Assembly (NCBI GenBank): GCA_050633305.1
Contig: JBOEGF010000055.1
Coordinates: 1-16,512 of the forward strand
From: Nannocystales bacterium
GTDB taxonomy: Bacteria > Myxococcota_A > Polyangia > Nannocystales > Nannocystaceae
Length of the DNA stretch: 16,512 nucleotides
Direction of reading: 5' to 3'
Part shown: positions 16,511-16,512 of the stretch, one piece after another
How positions within the stretch are numbered: the stretch's first letter is position 1
Layout of the letters: each line of letters begins with the position of its first letter
The notes under the pieces: model-generated
Databases searched by the model: none
Told to the model about the DNA's origin: nothing
Seen by the model: only the letters and a program-made list of their open reading frames with translations
Program-made: the position numbers and the translations under genes

Positions 16511-16512
16511 CG

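Overview
GC-rich accessory region, probably from a Myxococcota-like genome (inferred from the Cys-rich lipoproteins). From left to right it holds the 3' end of a YegP-family gene, a XerC/D-like tyrosine recombinase lacking a recognisable N-terminal binding domain, and several unrelated hypothetical or lipoprotein genes. Next come a decayed second copy of the recombinase, a lipoprotein broken by an in-frame TAG and a candidate PD-(D/E)xK nuclease. These are followed by a diheme cytochrome c / glutathionyl-hydroquinone reductase / LysR unit, an Rpn gene with a probable internal Rpn-S start, an ABM-AraC pair, a 368-bp element with inverted-repeat ends, and two divergent lipoproteins. The main observation is a non-coding repeat present three times in direct orientation (7331-7475, 10108-10185, 11238-11382). 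Each copy contains a 28-bp dif-like site (11-6-11) with a variable 6-bp centre. These sites delimit two gene modules, cytochrome c-GST-LysR (2739 bp) and Rpn (1168 bp), which suggests a Xer/dif-based tandem module array.
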